Under the pieces are notes generated by a model. The model was not told where the DNA came from and did not search any database. It saw nothing but the letters and a program-made list of their open reading frames with translations. 64,000 nt of DNA from Mobula hypostoma (taxonomy: Eukaryota), in assembly GCF_963921235.1 (NCBI RefSeq), contig NC_086108.1:64606001-64670000 (forward strand), in the 5' to 3' direction. A program made the translations under genes and the position numbers. Of this stretch, positions 51,528 to 64,000 are shown one piece after another. Positions within the stretch are counted from its first letter, which is position 1; each line of letters starts with the position of its first letter.

Positions 51528-52045
51528 TTTAATTCACTGTCCCATGCCCACTCTGATATTTCTGTCTATGGCTTTTTACATCATAACAACAACGCTCAAT
51601 GGTTGATGAACAACACCCAATCTTCTGTCTGAGCATGTTGCAGCCTTCTGGACTCAAGATTAAATTTTCAAACTTTAGGTTACTTGTTCTTTTTTTCCCT
51701 ATATTAGAACAGGCCACTTCTGCCTATCATCATTTTGGCTAATTTTTTATTTTTGTTTTAGTTTGGTTTGGACTGCTGGGGTTTCCCACAGCCTCACTGT
51801 TATACATTGTACAGGCAGATTAACTTCTAACTGCTACTTTTACTTTCTCCATTAAATGACTTGATCTCACTCTATTCACCGTAATTCTCTTCATTCTATT
51901 CATTCCTCTCTCCTCTCCTTTTCTACAGAAATTAACTTATTGTTCTTCTTTCCTATGCTGATGGAGGGTCCTGGCACCAAAGCGTCATCTGTTTCTCTTT
52001 ACACAGATGCTGCCTCACTCCCTAGGTATTTCCAGCACATATTAC
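51528..52045 (+). mobile_element. Old Penelope-like 3' remnant
   Basis: tttaattcactgtcccatgcccactctga..gaacaacacccaatcttc..gcagccttctggactcaa resembles the end of the GIY-YIG region; degenerate terminal repeat at ~51955-52040. Confidence 0.6.
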
Positions 52046-52304
52046 CTGTTAGGATAATCCAGCTAAGGTCAACGGAATTGTTGTTAATAAAATTCTTCAT
52101 TAATCAGTATATATGTAAAGCAAACGTACATTTTAAAGTGGCGAGGGTGCAACTATTCAGTTAAAAGAAAAAAATCACTGAGGTGTTTCTTTAAGGCAGG
52201 TTTAACACTTAAATTACCAAGTAGTTGGAATGAGCACTAAACTGAAAAAAAAGATGAGATTTCATGCTTTAGAAGCAAGTAGCACAATGTTATAGGGAAA
52301 GCAC

Positions 52305-52708
52305 CGAATTATAAGGAAAGGCTGAATAGGTTAGGACTTTATTTCCTGGAACGTAGGAGAATGAGGGGAGATTTGATAGGGCGTATAAGATTATGAATGC
52401 TATAGACAGAGTAAATGTAAGCAGGCTTTTTCCATTGAGGTAGGGTGAGACTAAACTAGTGGCCATGGGTTAAGGGTGAAAGGAGAAATGTTTAAGGGGA
52501 GCATGAGAGAGAGCTTCTTCAGTTAGAGGTTGATGAGAGTGTGAATGAGCAATTTCAACATTTAAGAGAAGTTTGGATAGGTAAGAGTATGGGAGGAAAA
52601 TGGAGGGCTATGGTCCAGGTAAGGTCAATAAGGCTAGGGAGGATAATAGTTCAACATGGACTATATGGGCCAAAGGACCTGTTTCTGTGTTGTAGTGCTC
52701 TATGCTTT
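52305..52708 (+). mobile_element. CR1-type LINE 3' fragment
   Basis: gctgaataggttaggactttatttcctgga..agaatgaggggagatttgatag..gggccaaaggacctgtttctgtgttgta. Confidence 0.85.
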
Positions 52709-54327
52709 AAATATTGGGTTTATTTGGGCAAATGAATTCAATAGAAATTTTACTGTTATTTTGAAACTTTACAGTGAAATAAATACTAAACTTGGAATAC
52801 ACAGCACTTTTTTTTTGAGTTGGAGCGAACCTGAGATCTGATCTTCCTGATTGGATTGCAATTTTCCAATATTTTAGTATTTATTTAGTTTTTAAAATTA
52901 TTATTTATTGTTCAGTATTTAGTTCATTTTTTACCTATGTTTCATAATTCACTTCTGATCTGTGACGCCCATTTGTTCCTTAGTTATAATCAAATTCAAC
53001 TAGTCATCTATATGTCAGGATCCAAGGATCGAATAGATAAAATTCACAATCTGCGATCAGTGAGAACACTGGAGTAAAATCTTGTCTGGGTAAAGAAAAT
53101 ATTTTTATCAGACTTTTACTTTCTGTTGGGATGCAGTTTAATTCCTGTTGCTGCTTGTAAGATGTATCAGTTTCCTTAATAATTTGGTGAGCCTGTTGTT
53201 TTCTTACCATATCTCAAGTTCTAAGTCTAGGGTTCAATTCCTTCACAGAGAAGCCCTTCATTTTTAATAGAATAAATATTTTTTCATTCAGTTGAGTGCT
53301 AAGAAATATTAATGCTTAATGTTAATTTGGTTAAAATGGAGATTTGATCATTTGCATCTGGACACCTGTTGGTACTCTTAAACACAAAGCTTAAAACAAA
53401 ATGTTGTTGATTTGGAAAAAAAATTGAATTTGGAATTGCTCATTTTCAATTGATATTTATACATAGGCAATACATTCCTTTAAAATTTTAAGATTATCAG
53501 AAAAACAAAATAATGATTTTTTTTCGACCTTATGCTGACTTTAAACTTTTAAACAAGTATATGGTCAGCTTTCCATAATTAATAACAAAATAAGGTCAAA
53601 TAATTATACTAGATTGTTACATTATTTTCACTGGAAAATGGTCGCAAGTTTGATCGAAAAACTTTGTTTAGTCTTAGTTTATAAAATTGCAGAAATAACT
53701 GTCTTAAAGAAATGCTAATAATGGGAATAATTGAATGTGAGACAATGTGTGATTAACAAATAATGGACTGAAGCTGAAAACTGTGATGGCTTTGATGCCA
53801 ATGTATGTATGAATAGTAAATCTATATTTTGTTTGACTATGGTCTGGTCTGTCTTCTTGCCATATGAGTCTACCTTCAGCTTTTGACACATAGAGGTGAA
53901 GACTATTGTTTATTCCCCCTAATTTATTTGACTTTGTTGGCTTTTTTTGTGCTTGTGTTAAACTGGCATTCTTGACTGAGTTGTCAATGCACTTCATATT
54001 TTTGTCAGGCTCTTATCTCTGTTATCTTTCTTGAATAAAAGTACCACAGTTGCTTTCATCTGGTATTCACCTATGTCCTTTTAAATGAACAGGCAGGAAT
54101 TTGCTTAAAGAGCTGATCTGAAAGGGATCTGTTCATCAGTCCAGTGCCATTGCATTTATACTCTAACGTGTCAATCAGATCATGGAACAGCAGCCTAACT
54201 CACTGAGAGAGCAGAATTTACTAATGGGCAAAGTGATGCCTGTTTGCTTCCCATTCAACATTAGTAGAAAGAAAAACTTGTGTTAAGTTGCTAAAGAAAA
54301 TTATTACTGAAACTCAATAGTTTGAGG

Positions 54328-54602
54328 AACATAAGAATACATGGAAACGTAAGAAAATAAGACCAGGAGTGTGCCACCAGATTTCTTAAACCTGTTGCAT
54401 CATTCAGTATGATCATGGTGGATCTGTTTTATCTTTAACTCTTCTGTGCCAGTTCCCCATTACCCTCATTTCCTTAATATTTCAAATATTTATTTTTCTC
54501 CTTCTTAAATATGCAATGACCTGGCCTTTACCAACCTCGAGGGCAGAAAATTCCAGAGATTTAATACCCTCTCAGAGAAGGAGAAATTGCTAAACACAGT
54601 TC
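54328..54602 (-). mobile_element. CR1-type LINE 3' end
   Basis: aacataagaa..ggagtgtgcca..cattcagtatgatcatgg..gggcagaaaattccagagattt. Confidence 0.7.
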
Positions 54603-54754
54603 AATATCCTCTGAGATAAGCAAGTTCTGTGTTATTATCTTTTTCTTTGATATGGCTTTTCTCAATGATTGTAATTTGATTTGAAATGGCACTTGTATAA
54701 AATATGTAAAGCATTTACACTTGTGATAATCCATGTTGTTTAATTTGGAGACCA

Positions 54755-55164
54755 TACCTACTGCCCATTACGCCGCTGGCATTAAGGGCAACAATGAAGA
54801 TCCTCCATCGCTGGCGGTGTTCTGGGCTTCCTTCGTCATGTCAGTAGCTTCCTTGCAGTTTTCATGCAAGTTCTGGATGGACACTCAGGAATACCATCAC
54901 AATCAGATGTAGAAAGATTCTTTATTGCTGTGCACGTGATCATTTTGTTTTACCAGTCTGAGTTGTTAGCCCTGAGCTGAATCCCCAAACCTGAAGGACC
55001 AGTGGGCCACTCTTAGTCTGGCCTGTACAGTGTGACCTGTTTTGCATGGGTGACCCTACCAGGAGTCAAAGTATAAAGCCCTGACTCCAGCCAACATAGC
55101 TCTCTAGGTCATTGAGGCACGCAAGCCTCCGAATCCAATGAGAAGGTCATGGTCCTCTTGGAAG
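54755..55164 (-). mobile_element. RTE-like SINE with a 10-bp TSD
   Basis: TSD ttggagacca at 54745-54754 and 55165-55174; motifs ggtgaccctaccagg and gtcattgaggcacgcaagcc recalled as typical of RTE 5' UTR derivatives. Confidence 0.75.
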
Positions 55165-55399
55165 TTGGAGACCACAAAGCTGGAGTTTTTGGAGTCAACA
55201 GGCTGATTCCAGTAGTCAGCGTAGCCAGTTCCTGGGAATATGGATGTTTGCATACGACCTCTCACTTCAATCTGTTTTGAAGTTAGTTCCATGTCCATGC
55301 TCATGGTCATAGTGGCCACATAACTGCAGTTGTAATTATTCCCCCTTTACAACTTTTCTACTATCAGAAGACACTTCTGCCTTATATGCACTATATATG

Positions 55400-55627
55400 C
55401 CTTGTGCAGTGTATGACTGTTGGTACAGTGCTTTACACCTTGGACCTGGAGGAACGCTGTTTCGTTTGGCTGTATTTGTGACTATCAGCTGAGTTGGATA
55501 GAATCCTGAATGGTTTTTCAACTACCAGTCATGCATCACAATGTTTAATCTATTGCACTGTAACACTGCCACAAAACAACAAATTTCACAACCCATGGCA
55601 GTGATACCAAACCTGATTCCAATTCTG
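55400..55627 (+). mobile_element. Rex1-like 3' UTR remnant
   Basis: ttgcactgtaacactgccacaaaacaacaaatttcaca..aaacctgattccaattctg resembles 27779-27845. Confidence 0.6.
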
Positions 55628-56199
55628 CAATCAACGCAACCATTTTATGATAAGAAATGGAGACTCTCCGGTACATTAGCTAGAAGAATAGTAAGGAGGT
55701 GTGGGGGTGGGGGGGTTGCAGTCAGGGCCCTACGTTTCAGTTATATCTGGAGCCTTCCCTGGCAGCCTCGTTTTCTCTGCCAGTCGTAGAGGAGGAAGGA
55801 ATATAGAGACCAGCTATTAAAAGATAATGAGTAAATCTTAAATCAATAAGTAGCTGTTGCTGGTGTTAATGGTTAAGTGCTCAAATTAAACAAATAAAGC
55901 CTTCTGTCAAAGTAAAAGAAAAGGTGAGGTTTGTTCAACATTTCTGAGAAGAGCTGGTTGGATAATGTCCAGAGTAATTCCATGATAATTGGCATTTATT
56001 TGCAGACAATGGAATGAAAGCTTCAAGTGAAAATCTAAAAAAAACAGCATTTTAAAATAGTGTACAAATTAATGAAAAATATTTTTTCTTTAATTTGAAA
56101 TTTGTGTGTGTTATGATACCCTACAGGTCAATGCATTATTTTTATTTTTTATTGGAAGCTTGAAATACTACATTGTAATAGTGGGAAATGTATCGCCAT

Positions 56200-57503
56200 G
56201 AATAGAGGGAAACTGGAAGATTGGGGACACTTTAAAGCACAACAGAGAACCACTAACTGAACAATAAAGAAAGATGCTGCAGATTATGAAAGCAAATTAA
56301 CACAAAATATTAAAGCTGATACTAAGTTATAGTAGAGACATTTCTGACAGTTTGCCAAAATTGTCTGGACTCTGGGCATGTCCTGACAGATTGGAAGACA
56401 GCGAATCTCACGCCACTGTCTGAGAAAAGGATGTATACAAAATGCAGGTAACTATAGACCAGTCAGTTTAACTTCTGTAGTTGGGAAAATGCTTCAGGCT
56501 ATCACTAATGAAGAAATAGCTAGACATTTGGAAAGAAAGAGTTCCATTAGACAGATGGAACACAGATTAAACAAATAAAGGTAGGACAAATTTACTGGAG
56601 TTCTTTGAGGATATAATGAGCACACAAGATAGAGGGGAACAGGTGTATATTTTATACTTGGATTTCCAGAAGGCATCTGATAAATGCTGCATAAAAGACT
56701 TATCCATAAAATAAGGATGTGTGGATTTTGGATAATCTATTGGCATCCGGTTAATGAACAGCAGGCAGAGCTGGCTGTTGGCATTTTTTTGGTTAGCGAT
56801 CAGTGGTGAGTCGAGTGCCATAGGGATGTGTGCTGGGCCTGCAGCTATACACAATAAACATTGTGGTATAATCAGGTGCAACTTTTACCAAGATGGCAAA
56901 AGGAATGTTGGCCTTCATTGCTAGAGAGATTGAATTTTAGAGCAGGGGGAGTTATCCTGCAATGGTATAAGTTACTGGTGAGGCTGCACCTGGAGTACTG
57001 CATGTAGTTCTGGTCTCATTTGAGGAAGGACATACTGGCTTTAAAGGTGGTTCAGAGGAGGTTCACTGGGTTGATTCCACATATGAGAGAGATTGAGTCA
57101 CCTGGGACTATACTTCCTGTAATTCAGAAGAATAAAATTATGAAAGGGATAGATAGGATAGAGGCAGAAAAGTTGTTTACATTGGTAAGTGAGACTAGAA
57201 CTAGAGGACGTAACCTCAAAATTCGTGGGAATAGATTTAGGATGGAGACAACGAAGAACAGTTTTTCCCAGAGAGTAGTAAATCTATGAAATTCTCTGCC
57301 CAGGGCAGCCGTGTAGACCACTTTATTAAGGATATTTAATGCACAATTAGATAGATTTTTGCATAGTATGGGAATTGAGGGTTATGAGAAAAGGAAGGTA
57401 GGTGGAGCCGAGTCCACAGCCAGAGAAGCCATGATCTTAATGAATGGTGGAGCAGGCTTGAAGGCCACTTGGCCTACACCTGCTCCTATTTCTCATGTTT
57501 CTT
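56200..57503 (+). mobile_element. CR1 LINE, degenerate with internal deletions
   Basis: ggtaactatagaccagtcagtttaacttctgtagttgggaaa; ORF 57020-57289 (KDILALKVVQRRFT..TRTRGRNLKIRG..FSQRVVNL); CR1 3' UTR. Confidence 0.88.
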
Positions 57504-58887
57504 ATTTTCAATAAGATTAGAATGATCACTGCATATAGAAGAGTAAACTAGACATTGGAGTCCTGGTCTTTCAAGATGACCCTCGTCTTTTACAGAATGT
57601 AATTTCATGGTGTGCTAGGAGTCAGTGAAGAATATGAAAATGGTAGCTTTAATCCAAACATTGTTAAAAATGTCTTCACAGAAATTGTTTGCGCTAATTG
57701 GATAAATGGAAAGGGATGGCAAAATAAGCTCAATAGAAGAGCAAAAGCCGAATTTTTTGTTATTGCCCAGATTTGCACTATTTTCTTGTGTAGCCAGTAT
57801 AGGATTGATTGGTTCTGTGGTTGTGGTTTCTTGCAGATTTTTTTGATGATTCTTGTCAAATTATTTAATACTTATCTGTATGTTCTTCATTAAAACAGGA
57901 CTGCCAATCATGGTTTGATATCTTCAGTGGCAGCAAATGCAATAAGTTATAATTCATTGCATAGTAATCCACCGATACAAGCAGATAATTTATCATTGTT
58001 TCATAAGTTTTTGTTATTATGAGACAAGACCAGCAAGTAACTGAACCTAAACCAGCTCAATGGGAGTCAGCTTTCTTTTTAAAATAACAGTTCTACAAAC
58101 TCGTATCTATAACTGATAGTTGGTTGATGTCTCTTAACTACTGCGACAGTTTTAATTACTTGAGGATATTTCCCTCATATGCACATTTTAGGTTATCTTT
58201 TATGTAATTGATGTGTTCTTTATTCACTGTGCTCCTCATATTTAATGTATTTCTCAAACTTGTTTTATATTTTGACTCTGGATTGGCAATAGTGATGTTT
58301 TAATGGAAATTGTACAACTCAATGCCATATTGGCATTAGTTTACTCCATACAACTATTTATAAGACAGAAGAACCTATAACATATGTGGAGATTTTAAAA
58401 ACATTTTCAACGTATGTTAGGCTTAATAAGTATATGAGAAGCAGACTGCATCTGTCCCCCACAGTTATTTTCAATTCTATCTCAGTATAGAGCTTAGCAC
58501 CATTTCCTGGTAAGTTGATTCATCCAAGATGACTCTTCCTACTGGAGACTGGCAGTTTCCTTGGCCTTGAAAGCTGCAATATGTTCCGTAAGTTCTTTAG
58601 ACTAGCAATATTCTTTTTAGAAAATTAAGGATGATACCAGGAATATATTTTGATGGCCTTAGTGCAGAAAGCCTGGACAGAACTTGGAAATCTGCTTATA
58701 TAGATTAGATACTATAAAATATGCTCTTACTGTGGTAGCAAGTTCAAATCAATTACCACAAAGAAGTAGTGCTAGCTGAAGTGAATACTAAGGTAAGTGC
58801 CTTTGTTCAAGTAAGTTGAATGGGGTATTTCCAAGATCCTTGCTTCAGTCATGCCTGAACCTCAGGTGCCATTGCAGTTATCATTCA

Positions 58888-59310
58888 ATTTGTGGTCTGC
58901 ATAGTGTCTGACGATGATGGGAAACATTTGCAAGAGAGTTTTAAAGTGGAAAAGTCTTTGCACGGAGGGGCAGTTCCACTCTCTCGACCTCCAAAGTCCA
59001 GGTCCAGTGGTGTGAATAAGCATCACAGACTGGGGACTTTCTTGGTTGCAGTGGATGACCATGATGTCTTCTATGCCTTGTCATGCCCTTTACTCTCCAC
59101 AGAGTGTTGCAGTACCACTTTCCTGGCTGTTGGATGGCAATGTAGATCTCATCCACCCATTTCACCAGAGCTGACTTTGCGTGCCTGGACAGGCATATGC
59201 CAGTCTCACCGGGGTATGAGTCCACTGGCTACCCTCACCTGGTTTAGCCCGCCTGTCAAAGTAGTGTGGCTTCTTGGAGCTGCAGGTGAGAGCTGAGTGT
59301 CCAGTGAGTG
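58888..59310 (-). mobile_element. Older relative of the 38750-39314 RTE-like SINE
   Basis: Shared blocks gcagtggatgacca..gtcttct, ggctaccctcacctggttta and gtgagagctgagtg. Confidence 0.75.
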
Positions 59311-59764
59311 AGCTGCCCTGTAGATACAGAACTGAACTAAAGATGATAATTACTCATACAGTTGCTTAAACAGGAGCACTTATAGCTCTAATAATCAAAT
59401 CTCCAGGGCAGTAAGGCCGAAATAACAACATAGCACTGTAGAATTTGATTAGAGAGTTTTAAAAACATGATATTGCTTTTAGTTATTAATAATTCTGCTG
59501 CAAATATCCTTATTAGTTCAAGTAAGCTGAACACGGTATTGCACAGTTCCCTTAAGGGCATTGTGATACTGCCTTTCCCATCCGAATTATATACTCAAGG
59601 ATGTCAGATTAAAATGGCTATTTTAGTAGATGCTTGCTCAGCCTGCCATCAGGTTGTATAATTTCAATATTCTATCTACTGATGCTTATAGATTGTTGCT
59701 GTCACAGTATTGTGGTGACACCTAAAAAATTGACTTTTATAATACACCTTAGTTTATTAACTAT

Positions 59765-60540
59765 AAACAAAAGAGATTCTGCAGATGTTGGGAATCCTGA
59801 GCAACACACACAAAATGCTGGATCAACTCAGCATCAATTGAGGAGAATAAAGAGCTGATATTTTGGGATGAAGCCTTTCACCAGGATTAAAAAGGAAGGG
59901 GGAAGAAGCCAGAATTTAAAAAAAAGTAGGGGGGAGGGGAAGGAATACAAGCTGCCAGGTTATAGGTGAAACTAGGTAAGGGGGAAGGTGGGTGGGTGGG
60001 AGGTGATAGGTGGAAGAAGTAAAGGACCAAGAAAGAGGGAATCTGATAGGAGAGGACGGTAGGCAATGGAAGAAAGGGAAGGAGGATGGGCAGCAGATGG
60101 AGATAATGAGCAGGTGAGGAGAAGGAGTGAGAGGGTAACCAGAATGAGGAATGGAAAACGAGAGAATGGTGAGGGAGAGTAATTACTGGAAGCTTAAGAA
60201 ATCCAACATCAGGTAGGAGTCTAGCCATGGGAGGTGTTGCTCCTCGAACTTGAGTGTGGCATCATCATGGCAGTAGAGGAGGCCATGGACTTGCATGTCA
60301 GAATGAGAATGGGAAGGTCAATTGAAATAGGTGGCCACCAGCAAATTCTGTCTTTTGTGGCAGATGGAGCAAAGATGCTTAAAGCAATCCCCCAATCTAT
60401 GCCAGGTCTCACTATTGTAGAGGAGGCTGCACCATGAGCACTGGATACTGTAGATCACCCCAAGAGTCATGCAGATGAAGCTTTACCTCACCTGGAAGGA
60501 GCATTTGGGGTTCTGAATAGTGGTGAAGGAGGAGGTACCT
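59765..60540 (-). mobile_element. Penelope-like 3' fragment (terminal repeat, purine tract, end of GIY-YIG)
   Basis: Colinear with 49040-49751 (gagattctgcagatg.., gagtgtggcatcatcatggcagtagaggaggccatggac); diverged. Confidence 0.85.
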
Positions 60541-60696
60541 GCAGGAAAATGATTCTCAGGTTTATATGGTGATATACTGTAGGCACTTAATAACTTTACT
60601 TTGAACTTTCATTTTAACCCAAAATATCTGTTGTGAAACAGATATTTTGCAGAAATTCAGAATGAGTTTCTCAGTAAAACACACTTTTATATATTG

Positions 60697-60697
<1 letters not shown>

Positions 60698-60752
<55 letters not shown>
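60698..60752. repeat. (CA)n microsatellite
   Basis: Visible directly. Confidence 0.97.
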
Positions 60753-60754
<2 letters not shown>

Positions 60755-61637
60755 AGCTGTTAATCATTATCTACCTCAACAAAGACAGAAATTTGATTCT
60801 TTTTTCTTCTGCCCCCTCTGAGTATGACACCAGTACAGTATATTCTTCACTTATTGGACAAGCTGTTAAAAATTCTTCAGTGTAGAAACTACCCAAATCA
60901 GGTATATTTCCATAATGTTATTAAAAATATGTACTCCTGCTGATTTCCTTTCTGAAGTTTTTATCAGAGGTTTTATGCTGTCTACTTGTCATTATAAATT
61001 CCTCTGCTCACAGTTGTAATGGAAAATGCTCATGTAAACATATGCTGCCTTTTCAATCTTCCGCCACTTTAGTGCTCTAGGCTTTTTCTTTGACATCTAC
61101 TAACATAGAGGTATTCAGTATTTTTGCCTGGACCCACTTCATTAACATTGTCTCACCTCCCCCACTAATTATAAATGTTTAACAATTTGTTTATGTAACT
61201 ACATGCCAGATCTGACTTTACCACATTACTACTGGGGGAAATAGATGAAGGGAGATCAGGGGTTTGTAGGGTCGTGGGGAGGTACCTTTCCCCAAGTTTG
61301 TAAACCAAGCTTTTAACTCTACTGATGTAGATATCTTTGGTTGTTCAATTTCAAGAAATTCTCAGATGACATAAGGATTCTGTTCCTGAGAACTGACAAT
61401 AAGGCAATTTTCCATGTCACGATTATCTGTTTTCTGTTGCAACTCATGTGGCATTGCTGTGCATACACCTGTAGTTGGGTCAGATTATGCCTCAAATACT
61501 ATTTTTTCGGTTATTTAACTGCTAATAATAAAACTCAGTGAGAAGGATGTATAAAAAATTAGAGCACAATGATGTCACAACATCATTTGGTCTGGACATT
61601 ATGTATGGAATTGCACTAAACATTCCCTTTCACTTAG

Positions 61638-62783
61638 ATGCAATCTCGCTGGCTCTCTATGTAGCCATGGACCACCTAGAAAACAGCAGTACCCTGTCAG
61701 GCTGCTGTTTATTGATTACACCTCAGTGTGCAACACCGTCATGTACTCAGTACTAATCAACAAGCTTCAAAACCTGGGCCTCTGTACCTCCCTCTGCAAC
61801 TGGATCCCTGACCTCATCAGCAAACCACAGTCAGCACAGATTGGAAATAGCAACTCTTTCTCACTGACATTCAATACCGGCATGCCTCAAGCAGGTGTGC
61901 TTAGCCCACTCTTCTGCTGTCTCTATATCCTTGACTCTGTGGCTAGCCACAGCTCACACGGCAACTATAAATTTGCTGATGATACAACTTCTGTTGGCAT
62001 AATCTCAGATGGTGATGACGAGGCATGCAGGAGTGGGATAGATCAGCTGGTGGAGCGATGTTGCAACAACAACGTGGTTGGGCACCATGCTGCATAGCAG
62101 TTAGCATGACACTATTACAGCTCCAGAGTTCGGAGTTTAATTCTTGCTTTGTTCCATAAGGAGTCTTTGTATGTCCTCCCTGTAGATGCGCGCGATTTCC
62201 CCAGGTGTTTCAGTTTCCTCCCACAGTCCAAAGATGAACCGGTTTGGTTATCTGGTCATTGTAAGTTGTCCTATGATTAGAGTAGGGTTACTCGGGTTTG
62301 TGGGGTTGCTGGGGTGGCATGGCTCGAGAGGGTAGAAGGACCTCCTGTATGCCGTATTACTAAATATATAAAACATCCTTGCACTCAATGACAGTAAGAC
62401 CAAGGAATTGACCATGGACTTCAGGAAGGGGAAGTTGAGGGAACACGCTCCAGTCCTCATCGAGGGAAAGGGTGAGCAGTTTCAAGTTCCTGAAGACACA
62501 ATATCTCTGAAGGTCTACCCTGGGCCCAATGAATTGATGCAATTACAAAGAAAGCACTTAAGCACTATATTTCATTAAGAGTTTGAAGAGATTTGGTATG
62601 TCATCAAAGATTCTACCAAATTACTACAGATATATGATGGAGAGCATTCTAACTGGTTGCATCACCATCTGGCACGGAGGGGCGACTGCACAGGATTGGA
62701 AAAAGCTGCAGCAAGTTGCAAACTCAGCCAATTCCATCATGGGCACTAGCCTCCCCAGCATTAAGGATAACCACAAATGGTAA
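61638..62783 (+). mobile_element. Rex1/Babar-clade LINE RT fragment interrupted by a V-SINE
   Basis: LQNLGLCTSLCNWI..TGMPQAGVLSPLF..KFADDT (61726-62097); MESILTGCITIWHG..KLQQVANSA (62583-62783). Confidence 0.88.
62074..62371 (+). mobile_element. tRNA-derived V-domain SINE
   Basis: tRNA-like head (tagcagttagcatgacactattacagc..ggagtttaattc) and V core tttccccaggtgtttcagtttcctcccacagtccaaaga. Confidence 0.82.
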
Positions 62784-64000
62784 TTTCAAAGTAACGTTTG
62801 CATGGGCAGTTTTGTAAAGTTGTGTCGCCAATCTAACTTGTTTGAAAATATAGGGAATTTAAAAGTTTGTAAAATATATTAGAAGAAACCTAAGGAATAA
62901 TTTGCAAAAAACCTTAAATATATGTGTATGATCTCTTAATTATTTAACACTCTGCGTATGTTTAAAATATTTTAACTTTTTTTGCTTGTACTATCTCTAA
63001 GAATTCTTTAAAATGATTTACTGCATAATCAGGTGACATCAGAACTGAGAGTAAAGGTAGTCGTCAGAACTGTTGCTGGCAATAATGTGCATCAATTGAT
63101 GGGAAGTTTTCACCTTGGAAATTGCTGGATTTTTGTGAGGAGATTTATCTGCAATCCTTTGTGAACAGGGTTGCTTTGCTGTCAATAGGATATTCTTGGC
63201 CAAAGTCTCAGTCATGGAAACAAAGTACAGTATAGGTGGAAGCACCGAGCTCTGACAGTACTCTGTTTTCCTTCCTCATAGACATGGTGCTATTCTTTTT
63301 TTTTAAAAAGAACAGAAAAGTACCAGAAATGTTGTTACAAGTAGAGTGTTTGGGTTGGGGATGGGGAAATTGGGTGGGTGTGGGTGGTCTGGTACTTGAG
63401 GCAATTTGTACTAATCACTGATGCAGAGTCCCAGTTGGAACTAGCATGTTTATACAACACAGAAGTACTGAAGAGTAAATGAGACCCACCTGGGAGAGGA
63501 GCTGATTCCCAGGTGTACAGTTGAAGCTTCAGGAGTCCTTACACAAAAGGAGCTGTGATCTAATTCTCCTCTCGGAACAAGGTACCTGATACTTAAACAG
63601 TAGTCACTGTCAACTGGTGAAAGCATTTGGGAACCAGAACAAGCAGCAAGAGCATCCTCAGCCTTGTCTATTTTTTTTTTTGATTTTCAGTATCAGCGGG
63701 GTTTTCTTTCGCTTTTCAAAAGCAATGGGTTGCCTGAATGAACGGCTAAATTTATTCTGGAAACTAAATTTAGAAGAGGGACTTTTTGGAATTGCAGAGC
63801 ACAACACTGTGCTTTAGTAACTCAGGAGCCTCCTTGTTTTTCATGAATTGCAGGGCACAGCTGCTAGAAAACATCATAAACCTTTAAATAGCTTACAAAT
63901 TGATGCACATGCCCAAGTTAATGAAAATTAATATTGAAACATGACTAGTCAATATTGTTGTATTTCTTGGGATCTCCTTTCATTGCAAGTATTTTAAAAA

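Overview
AT-rich eukaryotic (vertebrate) genomic DNA. The repeat inventory (CR1-type LINEs with ATGGTCTT tails, Rex1/Babar LINEs, V-domain SINEs, Penelope-like elements) resembles that of a cartilaginous fish, probably a ray; this is an inference. No intact host protein-coding gene is recognisable, and almost every meaningful ORF in the track is a decayed transposable-element fragment. Main content: (1) a Penelope-like retroelement (RT + GIY-YIG, 49040-51433) with ~700-bp inverted arms and a 14-bp TSD, plus a family of short fold-back derivatives of its terminus with 13-15-bp TSDs that carry minimal hammerhead-ribozyme cores; (2) a 3.4-kb internally deleted Academ-type DNA transposon (TAG..CTA ends, ~125-bp TIRs, 3-bp TSD, XPG/FEN1-like nuclease and Cys-rich tail) inserted into a CR1 LINE; (3) a truncated Ty3/Gypsy element with LTR, tRNA-Pro-like PBS and PNMA-like gag, nested in a pogo/Tigger-like element; (4) an RTE LINE with an unusually long flanking duplication, and several RTE-like SINEs; (5) a ~10-kb TE-poor block (about 6.4-16 kb) with + strand splice and polyadenylation signals and candidate micro/terminal exons of an unidentified host gene. 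TE family names come from motif recognition by eye, not from database searches.
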